Source: Tubulanus polymorphus (Eukaryota > Animalia > Nemertea). Taken from it: a DNA stretch of 64,000 bases. Positions 52,371 to 64,000 of the stretch are shown here, in pieces; position 1 is the first letter of the stretch; every line of letters starts with the position of its first letter. The stretch spans positions 20,916,210 through 20,980,209 of the forward strand of contig NC_134030.1 in the NCBI RefSeq assembly GCF_964204645.1, given 5' to 3'. The position numbers and the translations under genes were made by a program. The notes beneath the pieces were generated by a model that had not been told where the DNA came from, did no database searches, and saw nothing but the letters and a program-made list of their open reading frames with translations.

Positions 52371-54604
52371 ATCTACTAGCGATACCGGGCGGATCCTCGC
52401 CTGCCATACATGGAATCCTCAACTGCCAGAGTAGCACCGCGGGTACCCCACTGCATGATATGAGTAACTGATTCCGAAAATGTATATTATTTTTTCTTGT
52501 CAAGACGTTAATGAACTTCTAAGTCAGTTTTCTTGTGGACGCTCCCCTCCCGCTTATGGTTCTACTGCTCAAATAAGCTATCATTTAAAATAGTTCTTAA
52601 CTAAATCAAAATATGAATATCCCATTTAGAAAAAGTGCCGGTCAGGTCACTTACATACCAAACAGAATATGATTCGAATATTTGTTTTGAAATCGATGTT
52701 GATGTTGCATTTTTACCTCTGGCATTATCACCGCGAACCATCTCCTATAGTTCTGGTGGCCTTTCGTAAGATTCCTATGATAAACCATTTTACAGTTTCC
52801 AGGCGCCATTTTTGTGGGTACCCGCCGGGTCCGCATTGTTGAATTTTTGACCCTATTTTTCTCTGGTTTAACTATTTTTCTGGATTTGATTAAGATAGAA
52901 ACAAAATAAAAATATCGATGAACTCGGCTGATAATAAACATTTTTATGATATCACTCATTTATTAAGTTAATGCAAAAATGTGCGCTGGTGAAGTTCTAA
53001 ACATTGATATCGTCTTCCCGATAATGCAACTTGAATTACTGCTCATCAAAAATTCAAAATTCTTACAAATTTTAATCTAGATTTTTGAAGCTTTCAGGAT
53101 CAATAGCCATCTATATGTGGTCTTATATACCTTTTACCGTTTTCAATAATCTTTATTAGTTTTTAAGTAATTGCGAGTCAAACTTCCAAAACACGTTTTA
53201 TATCAAGGATCAATACAGTTATTTTGAATTTGAATATATCAATGATTTTGAATTGAATTGACCGGCAACCAGTCACATCCTATATATTCATATATCCTCT
53301 TAAAAAATCATTAATACAATAAATGAAATGTCAAATGAAAGAATTATGAAATGTATCTAAATAGAAAACCGTCAAAATTTAAATTTTCGTTTTTTTGAAA
53401 CCCTAATTTTGATGACGTAGTGCACACCGAATTTCACGAGAACCCTTTAAATAACAATGTTTCAATGTATAAACGATATTGTAACGGTTCTTACGGCGTC
53501 CAAAAAACGTTAGGGCGGGGGTTTATGTTGTGATCCACAATAGAACTACCCATAATCTATGAATACGACCAGTTACATGGCTTTTAAGATTTAAGAAATT
53601 CTAGTTCTATAGCCGATCTAACAACGTTACCAGATAATTTAACACAACTTTTGGGTTTAAGCCACGACTGTACAAATGAGCCCAGGAATCAGTCACTGAA
53701 AATACGTCTCCCTCAAGAGCCTCGATTTCCGCACACCCCATATCATATTACCATATCATCCTATTTTCTAAAATGCGTAACTACTGCACATTAAACAATA
53801 TGAGTAATGTATACGCGCACCTGCTGTAAGCTCATTTGCATCTATAAAACTGACTCTCCTTGTTTAAAATCAGTTACATGTCAAAACTATTGATTCGAAA
53901 TATGTATTTACTAATGTGCTGTCATTTGTAACTGGTTTAGACTTTATTGCTTCTCCACTTCGCCCTGGGGCCAGTTGCATAGTCATGACTTAGACTTAAG
54001 ATCAGTCTAAGACCAACTTAGTTCTATAGCCAATCTAACAAGTTAAGACCAGTCTTAAGATTTGAGACCACTTTTGGACTTAAGTCACGACTGTGCAACT
54101 GGTCTCAATTACCTCAGGAATATACTGATATAGGGTTCCGTTGTGAAATTCCTAGCTCAGAGAATTGACAAGAAAATTAGTTGTTAGTTAGTTGAGTTTA
54201 TTAACGAACCAACCGAGCTGTTGCGTTAGCTAAAAAAACACATGAGAGCAGATGGCCACGTCAATTGACGCTCAGGAAGGCCATGTTTACTAATGTAGAG
54301 TTTCAAATATGTGCTCAAATTTACGGAGAATATGTTTCACTTTAAGCTATTTAGCTCATCTTCTAGATATCGATACTACTAACTACACTGTGATTATTAG
54401 AATTTAACCCGAGTTGGCGTCAAACACTGAGCAGAGCGCCATTAAATAACTGATAACTATACAAGAAGACGGTGGCAATTTGTAAATTATTTTATCGCGC
54501 TCTCTGTCAATCCGTCACTATTCAAATTTTACTTGCTGCCGAAGTAAAAGAATTTGATAATTATACGGATGAATGACCAGACGAGCAGGTATGTTTAAAA
54601 GTAA

Positions 54605-54825
54605 GGCTAAACAAAAATGATACCTTGTTTCTCCGCAGCGGCCGGGTCATTTTTGTCAAATATGATAAAATTTATAAACAGTTCATTTCTACAGCGGCCG
54701 GGTCTGTAATGGTGAAATTGATCACGATTTAAAAAAAAAAGTAATGTATAGGGTAGATAGGCGGCCGGCCGGGTCAACATTTAAGCTCAGCAGAGCGGAA
54801 AAACAAGGTATCAATTTTTTTGGCC
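54605..54825. mobile_element. ~220-bp MITE family copy upstream of receptor C
   Basis: Duplicated with the segment. Confidence 0.8.
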
Positions 54826-55615
54826 TAATTTGCGTAGTCTAAATAGGTTTTCGACGTCTAACCTGTCTTTAGATCTTACAACTTTAAATAATTTCAGTGG
54901 TGCATATACTTTATATTCAATACTTTTGAAATAACTGCTGTATAATATATATAAAAAAGCCCAAAACCCAATCGACTAAAACAAATTAAGAATCGTATTC
55001 ATTTTAAAGATGGCTTTTCCGGGGCAGACAAATAAGTTTATTCTGAGCTTTAAATGATTTAAGGGCCGGACGCGGGTTTTACATAAACACCATATTTCTG
55101 TCGCATCGAGTGGATATGCTGAACTAAGTAAATCCTGAATACTATTACTAAGAAATCTCCTTAATTACCTAGAAATTACAAACCAAAACACCAGGTATAT
55201 AACCGTTTTGAAACACCCTGTATACACGCGTTGTACATGTGCGTTACGAATTAATATTCAGAAACCACAAGAACGCAGAGAAAATAATCCCGAGTATTTC
55301 TAAAATATTGGACACAGAAATAACCACGCGTTACGAAACTGAGAATTGCTGCACAGATCGATGGTAATTACTGGGATGTTGATCGTTTGAGTCAGAGCCA
55401 ACACTAATGACAGAACGAGTAAAAATATCATATGCGATTTCGACAAAATATCAGCGGTTGAAAATAATTGCTGGATTTTAAAATTGCTGAGTGAAGCAAA
55501 TCATGGATTTCACGAGTAAGAAATGTAAAATTCTACCTCATTTATGAATGGAACTTGAAGCTCTGTGGACAACCGATCAGAATTTGAATAGTGAAGGAAT
55601 TTCATTCATGGGCTG

Positions 55616-58600
55616 ATGGATCGACTGAGAGCGCTGTTTATAGCGTCGCTGATCGTCTGGCGAGTTAACATCGCACACGCTGATCTGTCTGACTCTGTGA
55701 CGGTCAGTTCGTCTTGTAACAACACTTGGTACCCCGTCGATTCTACGTCCGGTTACATCGTTTCACCGAGTTACCCGTCATTAACGCGCGGTGTTGAATG
55801 TCGTTGGTTCGTCAACAGCTCTTTACCGGGAACTTTCAACATCAAACTATACTACGACATCGAGCCGTCGATATTCTGTAGTGATAACTACCTTCTCGTC
55901 GGTGAGTCCGATAACAGATTCTGCGGTGAAGGAAAACATGAAATCCGCCGTAACGATTCGATCTCGTTGATGTTTAGAAGTAACGTCGATGGAGCGCGGG
56001 GTAGTCGGGTTTATGTTACATATCGCTATGAACGGAGCCGATTGAGAATCAGTCACCGCTGCCACAAATACCAGTTTCGAGTGAATGAATTGAAAACATC
56101 GACTGGATACAAATTCGCGATGTTACTACGTTACGGATGTCAGATATTCCTGGAATGGGAGGCCCTCTCGAATGATTCAGCGATGAATTTGACGCTTTTA
56201 GATTTCGACCTAAAACTCATGTCACTTTATACTAATGTCGATGCAGCGTCGGGTTTTCGAATCTATGACGGTTGGAACACCAGCAGTGAACCGATAGCGA
56301 TTATGGGTGAACAACGTGGACAGCAGCCGTCATCATTTTATACTAAAACTAACAGAGCCATTATCACTTCGCTACGAGGCCGACACATTACCGCACAACT
56401 ATCAGTTCAGGTGTATAGAATATCTGATTGGAACGTCTCTAATCCGTTCATTCAAATCTCTAATAACGAGTCGGGAGTGCTCATCCCTGATGACAACAGT
56501 TTACACGTAATAACTCGATCAAAACACTTACACTGCTGGTCTATCACAGTGCAGGTGTTACAGTACGTCGTCTTCAACTGGACACGTGATCTCAGCGCAT
56601 CCGGTGACGTCATTGTTGTATATAAACTAGAAGGGTTACGCGTTGTAGGAACTGATATTTTACTCGGTTACAACTACCTGGAATCACTGAGTGTTAAATC
56701 TGACGGCTTTCTCGTCATATTGTGCGTTTTAATAAGACCAGGTGTTTTTCAATCGAATGTAAAGATTGAATTTGAAGTGAAATCTATTTCTACAGGAGAC
56801 GTACAAGTCCGCAAACCAAGGGTGAGTAAAAATTGGTTTCCATAGACAAGTGGCTGTCCAATATCAATAGTAGATAAAACCCACAATAAAAAGAAAAAAC
56901 TATCTTGTAGCTTAACGTTTCAACTCAATTCTATGAGCCATTATCAAAAACATTTTTGATAATGGCTCATAGAATTGAGTTGAATCGTTAAGCTACAAGA
57001 TAGTTTTTTCTTTTTATTGTGGGTTTTATCTACTAGTGAGAAAAAATATTTAGTAAAATTGAATGTAAAAGTTCAAGCGAGTCAAAACCTAATCGAAATA
57101 ACAAATATCAATTTAGAACTAATTTTCATGTAAATTTCAAATGATTGACGAAATTCCAAAACTCAAATTGCATCAAATAATGGAAACGAAATTCCGTGCA
57201 GCCACTTCTTTCTATTATTTAGGTGTCTTTCATCCGATTATGTTTGACAGATAACCATATGATATATGGGACATAACAAACTTCAAACTGATCACTGAAA
57301 ATAGATTGTTATTTCTTACAAAGGCATAAATAGATCCTTTTCTTATTCATATTCTAGGTAGACCGTGATAAGTTGCCATCGTTAAACCCAGTAGCTATTT
57401 CTAAGAGGAGATTTAAGTATAGCGTATTCAAGTATGAATTCAAATGGAAAGTTGAAATCTATGACATCGATCTAGAATTAGCGGTTCTGTCTGTGAATTG
57501 TGAAAATGCTGGATTCTATATATTTGATGGTGGTAATTTCAAGGCTAGACGATACGGTCCGTATTGTCCCGGTTTATCGGGCCATCGACGAAGTGTCGTC
57601 AGTCTGATCACATCAGGCGGGCCGGTGATCATACTAGGCTATTCAATCAACAGTCAAAGCTGGAACAAGGGTAAATTGATGTCACGTCTGACTGACTGTG
57701 ACGGCTACGCGTTACGGGAAGGAGAATACAGCGTTACAGTGCCGCTGACGTCACGTTGTTTCATGGTAACACCGGACAATCGGGGCAATCCATTAAATCA
57801 TGATATTAAAATAATATCACCCCATGAATATGAATTAAACACGTGTTTTCCTGATTTTATACGTCCATTAGCGGCGTGTAATTATCATTTTCCTATCAAC
57901 AGACAGCACCTCAATAACAGGCTCGTACTGCACACTGTTACATTAAAGAATCCGCAGTTGTTCATAAGACGCCCGTACATCATTGAATTGAGGCGTGTTT
58001 GTCAAACAACGGACAGACGTCACAGACAGTTTGACGAGTGGGAGCGAGATAAAAGCGACTGTGGAATCTTACAGTCACCGAACTACCCGGCTTCACCTGG
58101 AACTTCACGTAAAACGATTAAATACGAACTCCAGTTCCATTGGAATACAGCCCCCATACAGTTTTACAGATTCATTATAAAAGATATGGAAATAACGCCG
58201 TGCGTCAAACAATCCAGACGTGCTATGGACTCCGTGGTATTCATCCAGATTATAGCCGGCTCTACCAGACGCGAGACAACACACGAAATAAAGTTATGTG
58301 AAACTTACGGCACAGTAGGATTAGAATTCTATAGTCTAAATAGAGATTCTATCTTGTTCGAAATGAAAAACAAAATGCCGAAATTCCGTATTCAATACAT
58401 TTTAGAGAAACAGTTTTTGATGGAACAGCGCGATATCGTCTGTAAATCAGGATTTTTAGATTCGGGAATTTCATGCGTCAAATACATCAGAGATGAACGC
58501 CTGAATTGGGAGAACGCTGAAATGTACTGTCAACAGAAAAACGGAGGACATCTTCTAAGTATCAACTCTGAACATGAAATGATTTCTATTAAAAGATTAT

Positions 58601-61600
58601 TTGCTAAACAACTTCTTCTAGATGGATATTTACAGAAAACACTAATAGTGATGATCGGTTTAAAACTACAGGTAACCCTAGATAAATGCCTTTCCTAAAC
58701 AGGAAAGGTACGTATTATGTTTTACTCAATTTGAATCTCGAAGTATTTTTATACTTCTTCTGAAAACAGGAAAGATTATCTGACTTGCAAGTTGAGTCTT
58801 TATCAAAATTGTTTATTTTTTTCTAGCCTAATCTGGTAAAAATATTTCAATGAATGAAACTGAATTTCATTTTTAAATAGAATGATGGATATTACACGTG
58901 GACTGATGGGAAACCATTGAGCTACACAGAATGGTTTAAACCTGCTATGATAAACGAAACGATACCAGAAGTTATTCAAGGATTGATATCTCCTCTACGA
59001 AAACAACCGATAAATGACGTCAATATGCCGTGTACGGCGATGATACTGAATAATCCACGAGGATCAGCGAACTGGGTTCGATTCCCGTGTCAAATCGAGG
59101 AGATTCACACGAGTTTTATGTGTGGATTTGATGAAGTTGATGTTGGAGAAAAACAGGAAAATAAAACAAACACCAGCAGCAAAAATGAAACAAATACAAT
59201 AATGTTTAAGTTTGATGATATTCAGAGAAACAATCCATTTTGTAGACGAGGTTGGCTTGGTATAGCCGGACAGTGTTATCAGATACTGACAGACTGGACA
59301 AACAAAAAGGGTTTGGATATCAGAAGAGCGAGAGAAATGTGTCGTGAAATCCACGGAGAAATAACTCATCACGAATATTACATCGTTAAAAACATAATTG
59401 AAACATTGCACTATAGACACCAGTATGGCGCTATACTGACCTCTGATAACAGAATTATAAAGCCAATAATCACTAGAGATGACATCACTCATACACATAT
59501 AGTTAAATGGATGATACAACAGTTTGATAATGTCACAGATGTAGCGCATTCCGTGCTATGTTCCTATAATGTAACTGGTGAAGAGTTGGCTTCTATAAGC
59601 GGTTGTAAATCGTGGCAGTTTAAATGTAACGATCAAAGATGTATCAGTGACCATCGCGTATGTGATACCAGAAACGACTGTCAACACGATGAAGATGAAG
59701 TCGATTGTTCGGGTTCAAACTTACAAAGTCAGTTCCACTGTTCAGATGGACGGGTTATATCAATAAGTGGATTCTGTGATTTCATTAAGGATTGTTTGGA
59801 TGGTTCTGATGAGAACTCGTGTTTTCATCCCCCGTGTTTGCCCCAACAATTCCGCTGTACTAGTGGTCAATGTGTCAGTAAGTATAAAAGATGCGACGGA
59901 GACACTGTTTGTAAAGACGGCTCGGATGAAATGAGATGCACCTCTCAACTGTGTCAGGGGTTCCTGTGTAACAGTGGGGACTGTATCAGTTCTCAGTTGT
60001 ATCAGGATGGAGTCGTGGATTGTAGTGGAAACCTAGAAGAAGATGAATTAGTAACAAATACGAATATTACAGTGAATCCTACAGTTCACTGTAATGATGC
60101 GAACTACTGTACGACTAAGTTCACAAATCTCTGCGCAGAATCTGATGAACAAAGATGTTCTTTCGATTCTCCTCATTGTTATTCTAGACGTCATAGATGT
60201 ATATTAGAAAGAATGTCGAATAGTTACCCAGTTTGTAGAAATCTTGAGCATATATTGAAATGTGAAAGATTTGATTGTCCAGCTGGTACTGTAAAATGTC
60301 CAGCATCGTACTGTATACCGATTGGACAGGTGTGCGATGGTCGATCAGATTGTCCTAATTCAGAAGACGAGCGAAACTGCGAGACTTTGTCATGTCCCGG
60401 CATGTTCAAATGTGGCCAGGAAAATCGATGCATACCTCAATCTGAAGTTTGTGATGGTGTTGTTAATTGTAAACATAACAATGATGACGAAGCTTTCTGT
60501 AACGTCACGTGTCCTGGATATTGTAAATGTCAAGGCCATTTGATCGATTGTGGAAACGCCGGTTTAACAAATATTACTGATCTTTTCTCGTTATCAACTC
60601 GAGTTCTGAATCTGTCGAATAACACAATTATCTTGGATATGACGACATTTTTTCCATATGTTTATCTTCGTTTGCTCAATATCTCCTTCAATAAATTGTC
60701 TTATATTTTAGCAAACGCTTTCTCAAACCTGCATAATCTATATACGTTAGACCTGTCATATAACAATATAACATACTTATCCACAAACACATTCATTGGT
60801 TTGTATAGTTTGAAAGAGTTATTGATAACTAAAAATCCAATTAGTCACTTAGAGGACGATACATTTCAAGATTTGAAGTCTCTGAAACATCTCGATCTTC
60901 ACGGACTTTTCATATCTCTTCTTGGTCGAAATGTATTCAGAGGTTTAACTACATTACAGTCGTTGAATATCAGCAGTAACAGAATTCATCATATTTCTAC
61001 ATATGCTTTTTCGGGATTAGATGAACTTAGAATCATTGATATAACCAATAACTCTAAAGTTATTTCTACAGAAAAAAATATTTTTAACAATCTGACAACA
61101 TTAGTCTCTTTAGCGTCTGATGCTTACAAATTTTGCTGCATGGCTCCGAATGTCGACCAGTGTCTTCCTGAAGCAGATCAATTTTCGTCCTGTTCTGATC
61201 TGATGGGTAACACAGCCCTCAGAGCTATCATCTGGGTCATCTCCGCATTCAGTTTCTTTCTGAACAGTATCGTCATTTTATTCCGTGTTCAATCATTTCG
61301 ACTTTCATCCCCCGAAAAGCGTAACACATCTTCTGACATCCTCATCATTAATATCGCATCTTGTGATTTTCTGATGTCCATTTATCTGTTTCTGATCGCG
61401 GGAGCGGATTACGTCTATAAAGGAGTTTATTTCCTACATTCTGAAACTTGGACGGACAGTTCATTGTGTAGTTTCGCTGGAGTTTTGGTGACTATTTCCT
61501 GTGAAGGCTCGCTGACGTTTCTATTCATTTTAACGCGTTATAGATTTTCAAAAATCGTCAATCCATTTTCTGGAAGCCCGATTACATCTCCGAAATGCGT

Positions 61601-62111
61601 ATCCATTATCTGTTGCCTATGTTGGTTATCTATAAGCACTATTTCTATAATACCGCTGTCACAATCATCTTATTTCGGCATCAAATTCTATGGTACTACT
61701 GGAATTTGTTTACCTATGAATTTAATCTCAATTGATGTCCACGCCTGGCAATATTCATTCTCTATTTTTGCCGTATTTAACTCAGTCGTACTTGCTACAA
61801 TAATGATGACGTATGCACAGATGTATAGACTCGTATCCGGGAGCAGGTCCGGCTCGGGTAGAGCTGATCCTACCGAATTGGTTCTGGCGCGTAGGAGTTT
61901 AGTGATAAATCTTTGTAATTTATTTTGCTGGTTACCGATAATTATCGTTCAGTTTTGCGCTGTATTGCGAGTAGAAATACCGAACCAAGTGGCGGCTTGG
62001 TTGGCGGTGCTTTTCCTACCGATCAACTCGTCACTGAATCCACTTCTTTACACCATCCTCACTATCGATGTTAAATCCATACAAGCAAAAACTAAAATCA
62101 GACGCCGTTAG
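55616..62111 (+). CDS. GRL101-like CUB/CTL/LDLa/LRR GPCR, copy C (3 exons, ~1916 aa)
   Basis: Exons 55616-56821, 57358-58671, 58881-62111 with phase-0 GT-AG introns. Close paralog of copy B within a tandem duplication. Confidence 0.88.
56868..57035. repeat. 168-bp near-perfect palindrome in intron 1 of receptor C, absent from copy B
   Basis: tagtagataaaacccacaataaaaag...ctttttattgtgggttttatctacta. Confidence 0.9.
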
Positions 62112-62544
62112 AAGAAATAAAACCGGCTTGTAATGAATTTCTGACTGCGTCATTTTTCGGTTCCGTTCGACAGGAGTTACAATATTACATAACAGATTAT
62201 GCCAATGGTATAATTATCACGTATAGATAAAGAGGATATCGAATTGAATCTGAAGATGCGCAATGTCAACAGGTTAGCAGAAAACTCTCTTGTTAGAACA
62301 TTAATTAACCCACTCCCCAATCCAAAGAGTTTCCAATCTACAGAAGATTCAATCGAATGGGCGTCGAGTTACATATAAAACGATCCACGTACAAGAACGT
62401 ACAGGGCTACCAAAAATCTATTAATTTCAACCACGTTAACGTCAATCGTGTACATATGGATTTCAGCTACTTTTTAATGTATATCAGTCAGGAGCGGATC
62501 TAGGATTTTCCATGGGGGAGGTGGTCCAATGAGAAAAAGGGCAC

Positions 62545-64000
62545 TTTTTGGAATTATGCGGAGAAAAGCCATTATTTAAATTGGTACTAATATCTGAGTG
62601 ACGAGTAATTAGGGCAGACTTGACTATGTGGCGTTTAGTGTAATTGCTGGAAGTATAAATAATTTCGGCTTTATCAAAATTAAAACGATGACCAGTGTTC
62701 CAAACGTGATTGGCTACGCCACTAGCCGGTTTTTGATTTATTATATCCTTTTTGTGTTCCGAAATTCGAGTTTTTAAATCACGACCAGTTTCTCCAAAGT
62801 AAATTTTATCACAGCCAAAGCAAGGAATTTTGTAAACTCAGGGTAAGCCAATTTTATAAGAGAGTTGGATATATGGTCAAATTCAGCCGAGAGGAAGGTT
62901 TCATCGCAGATCCGTAGTGCACGGAGAAAGAGGCCTTGAGCGAGACCAATTTTGATTGATTTGGCAGTAAACGAAAAGAAGTGAAGGTGTTGCCTCGGCG
63001 TTGATAGGTTTACGGTAGACTGAGAAAATCAAATGAGAAAATTTATTGTGAATTAGAACATCTAAAAACGGAATTTGGTCATTTTGTTCCCATTCAAAAG
63101 TGAATTTCAAAGATGGATATTGGGAGTTGATGAAGTCGATAAAAGAGGTAAGATCAAAATTATCAGAAACTAAGCTCAGAATGTCATCAACATATCTAAT
63201 CCAAAAGTTAGGTTTAGAGCCAGCGTACTTAGGGAGAATTTCTGATTCAAAGTGTTCAAGGAAAAGATTAGCCAAAATCGGGGATAATGGGTTACCCATA
63301 GCGAAACCGAAAATTTGTTCATAGAATTTGTCTTGGAATTGGAAATATAATTTGGTAGTACAGAGTTCCAAAAGTTCAAGTAAACATTCTACAGGAATTG
63401 GGAGATCAAGATTGGAGTCCGGGAGTTTTCTTCTTAAGAATTTGAGAGTTGGTTCCAATGGTATATTAGTGAACAAGGAAACAGCGTCGAAAAATATAAA
63501 TTTTTGTCCATTAGGTTTGAGATTTTTGAGTTTGTCTAAAAGATCCATATTGTGCCGAATGTGAGAATCAGAAAAAGTACCCAAAGCCGGGGAGAGTACT
63601 TTAGCCAGATATTTGGAGAGCCGATATGATGGAGAATTCATATTAGAAATGATCGGTCTTAAAGGTGAATTGGGTTTATGAATTTTGGGAAGACCATAAG
63701 CATAAGGAAGATTTGGAAGCCGAGAGTTGAATTTGGAGATGAAGTCCGAATGGTCAGGAAATTTCTTAGAGATGTTTTTTAAACCGAAATTAAAAGCTGA
63801 TTGCATCTTTTTCAAAGGGTTGTTTTTTTTATGGATTTGTAGAAATTGGAATCACCGAGAATAGCAAACATTTTAGAATTGTAATTTATCAAATCTTGAA
63901 TAACAATTTTGCCGCCTTTATCAGCCTTGGAGATGCGGATGGTACTGATGGATTTTAGTTCCTGGAGAGCAATCGAAAATCTCCGAGGAAAGAACTGGTA
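62545..64000 (-). mobile_element. Penelope-like retroelement, duplicated copy (runs off the window end)
   Basis: Near-identical to 50465-51920 with the same lesions, plus a private frameshift near 62990. Confidence 0.9.

Larger units (their letters stand above)
42157..64000 (+). repeat. Tandem segmental duplication, ~11-12 kb unit (from ~42157 and from ~53199 to the window end)
   Basis: Collinear near-identity of upstream region, MITE, receptor gene, 3' flank and Penelope element. Offset is 11796 at the ATG and 12088 at the stop codon. Confidence 0.9.

Noticed and set aside
52651-52959. 102-aa ORF with possible ATG and donor sites between the duplication units
   Set aside because: No recognisable motif or consistent exon chain.

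Overview
AT-rich, intron- and repeat-rich animal genomic DNA. The gene families suggest a marine invertebrate, probably a lophotrochozoan (inference only). The window holds three paralogous 3-exon genes for ~1,915-1,940 aa GRL101-like receptors (signal peptide - CUB-like - C-type lectin - LDLa - LRR - rhodopsin-type 7TM). Copy A is on the minus strand (9298-2485). Copies B and C (43820-50023, 55616-62111) sit in a ~12 kb tandem duplication that also copies a decayed Penelope retroelement. A decayed piece of a fourth paralog lies near 19.8 kb. Between the receptors are a 5-exon gene for a 226-aa secreted protein that the ORF track does not assemble (16970-13327, minus), an intronless, frameshifted SLC18-like MFS transporter (22126-20809, minus), and a complete 13-exon NOG1/GTPBP4 gene (26904-40529, plus). 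The most notable signals are: patchwork identity among the receptor paralogs suggestive of gene conversion; four separate duplications that copy a 5' splice site; two abutting palindromes centred on (TA)n tracts; and many MITE or foldback elements with visible target-site duplications. All gene models were read by eye from splice signals and reading frame; no searches were run.
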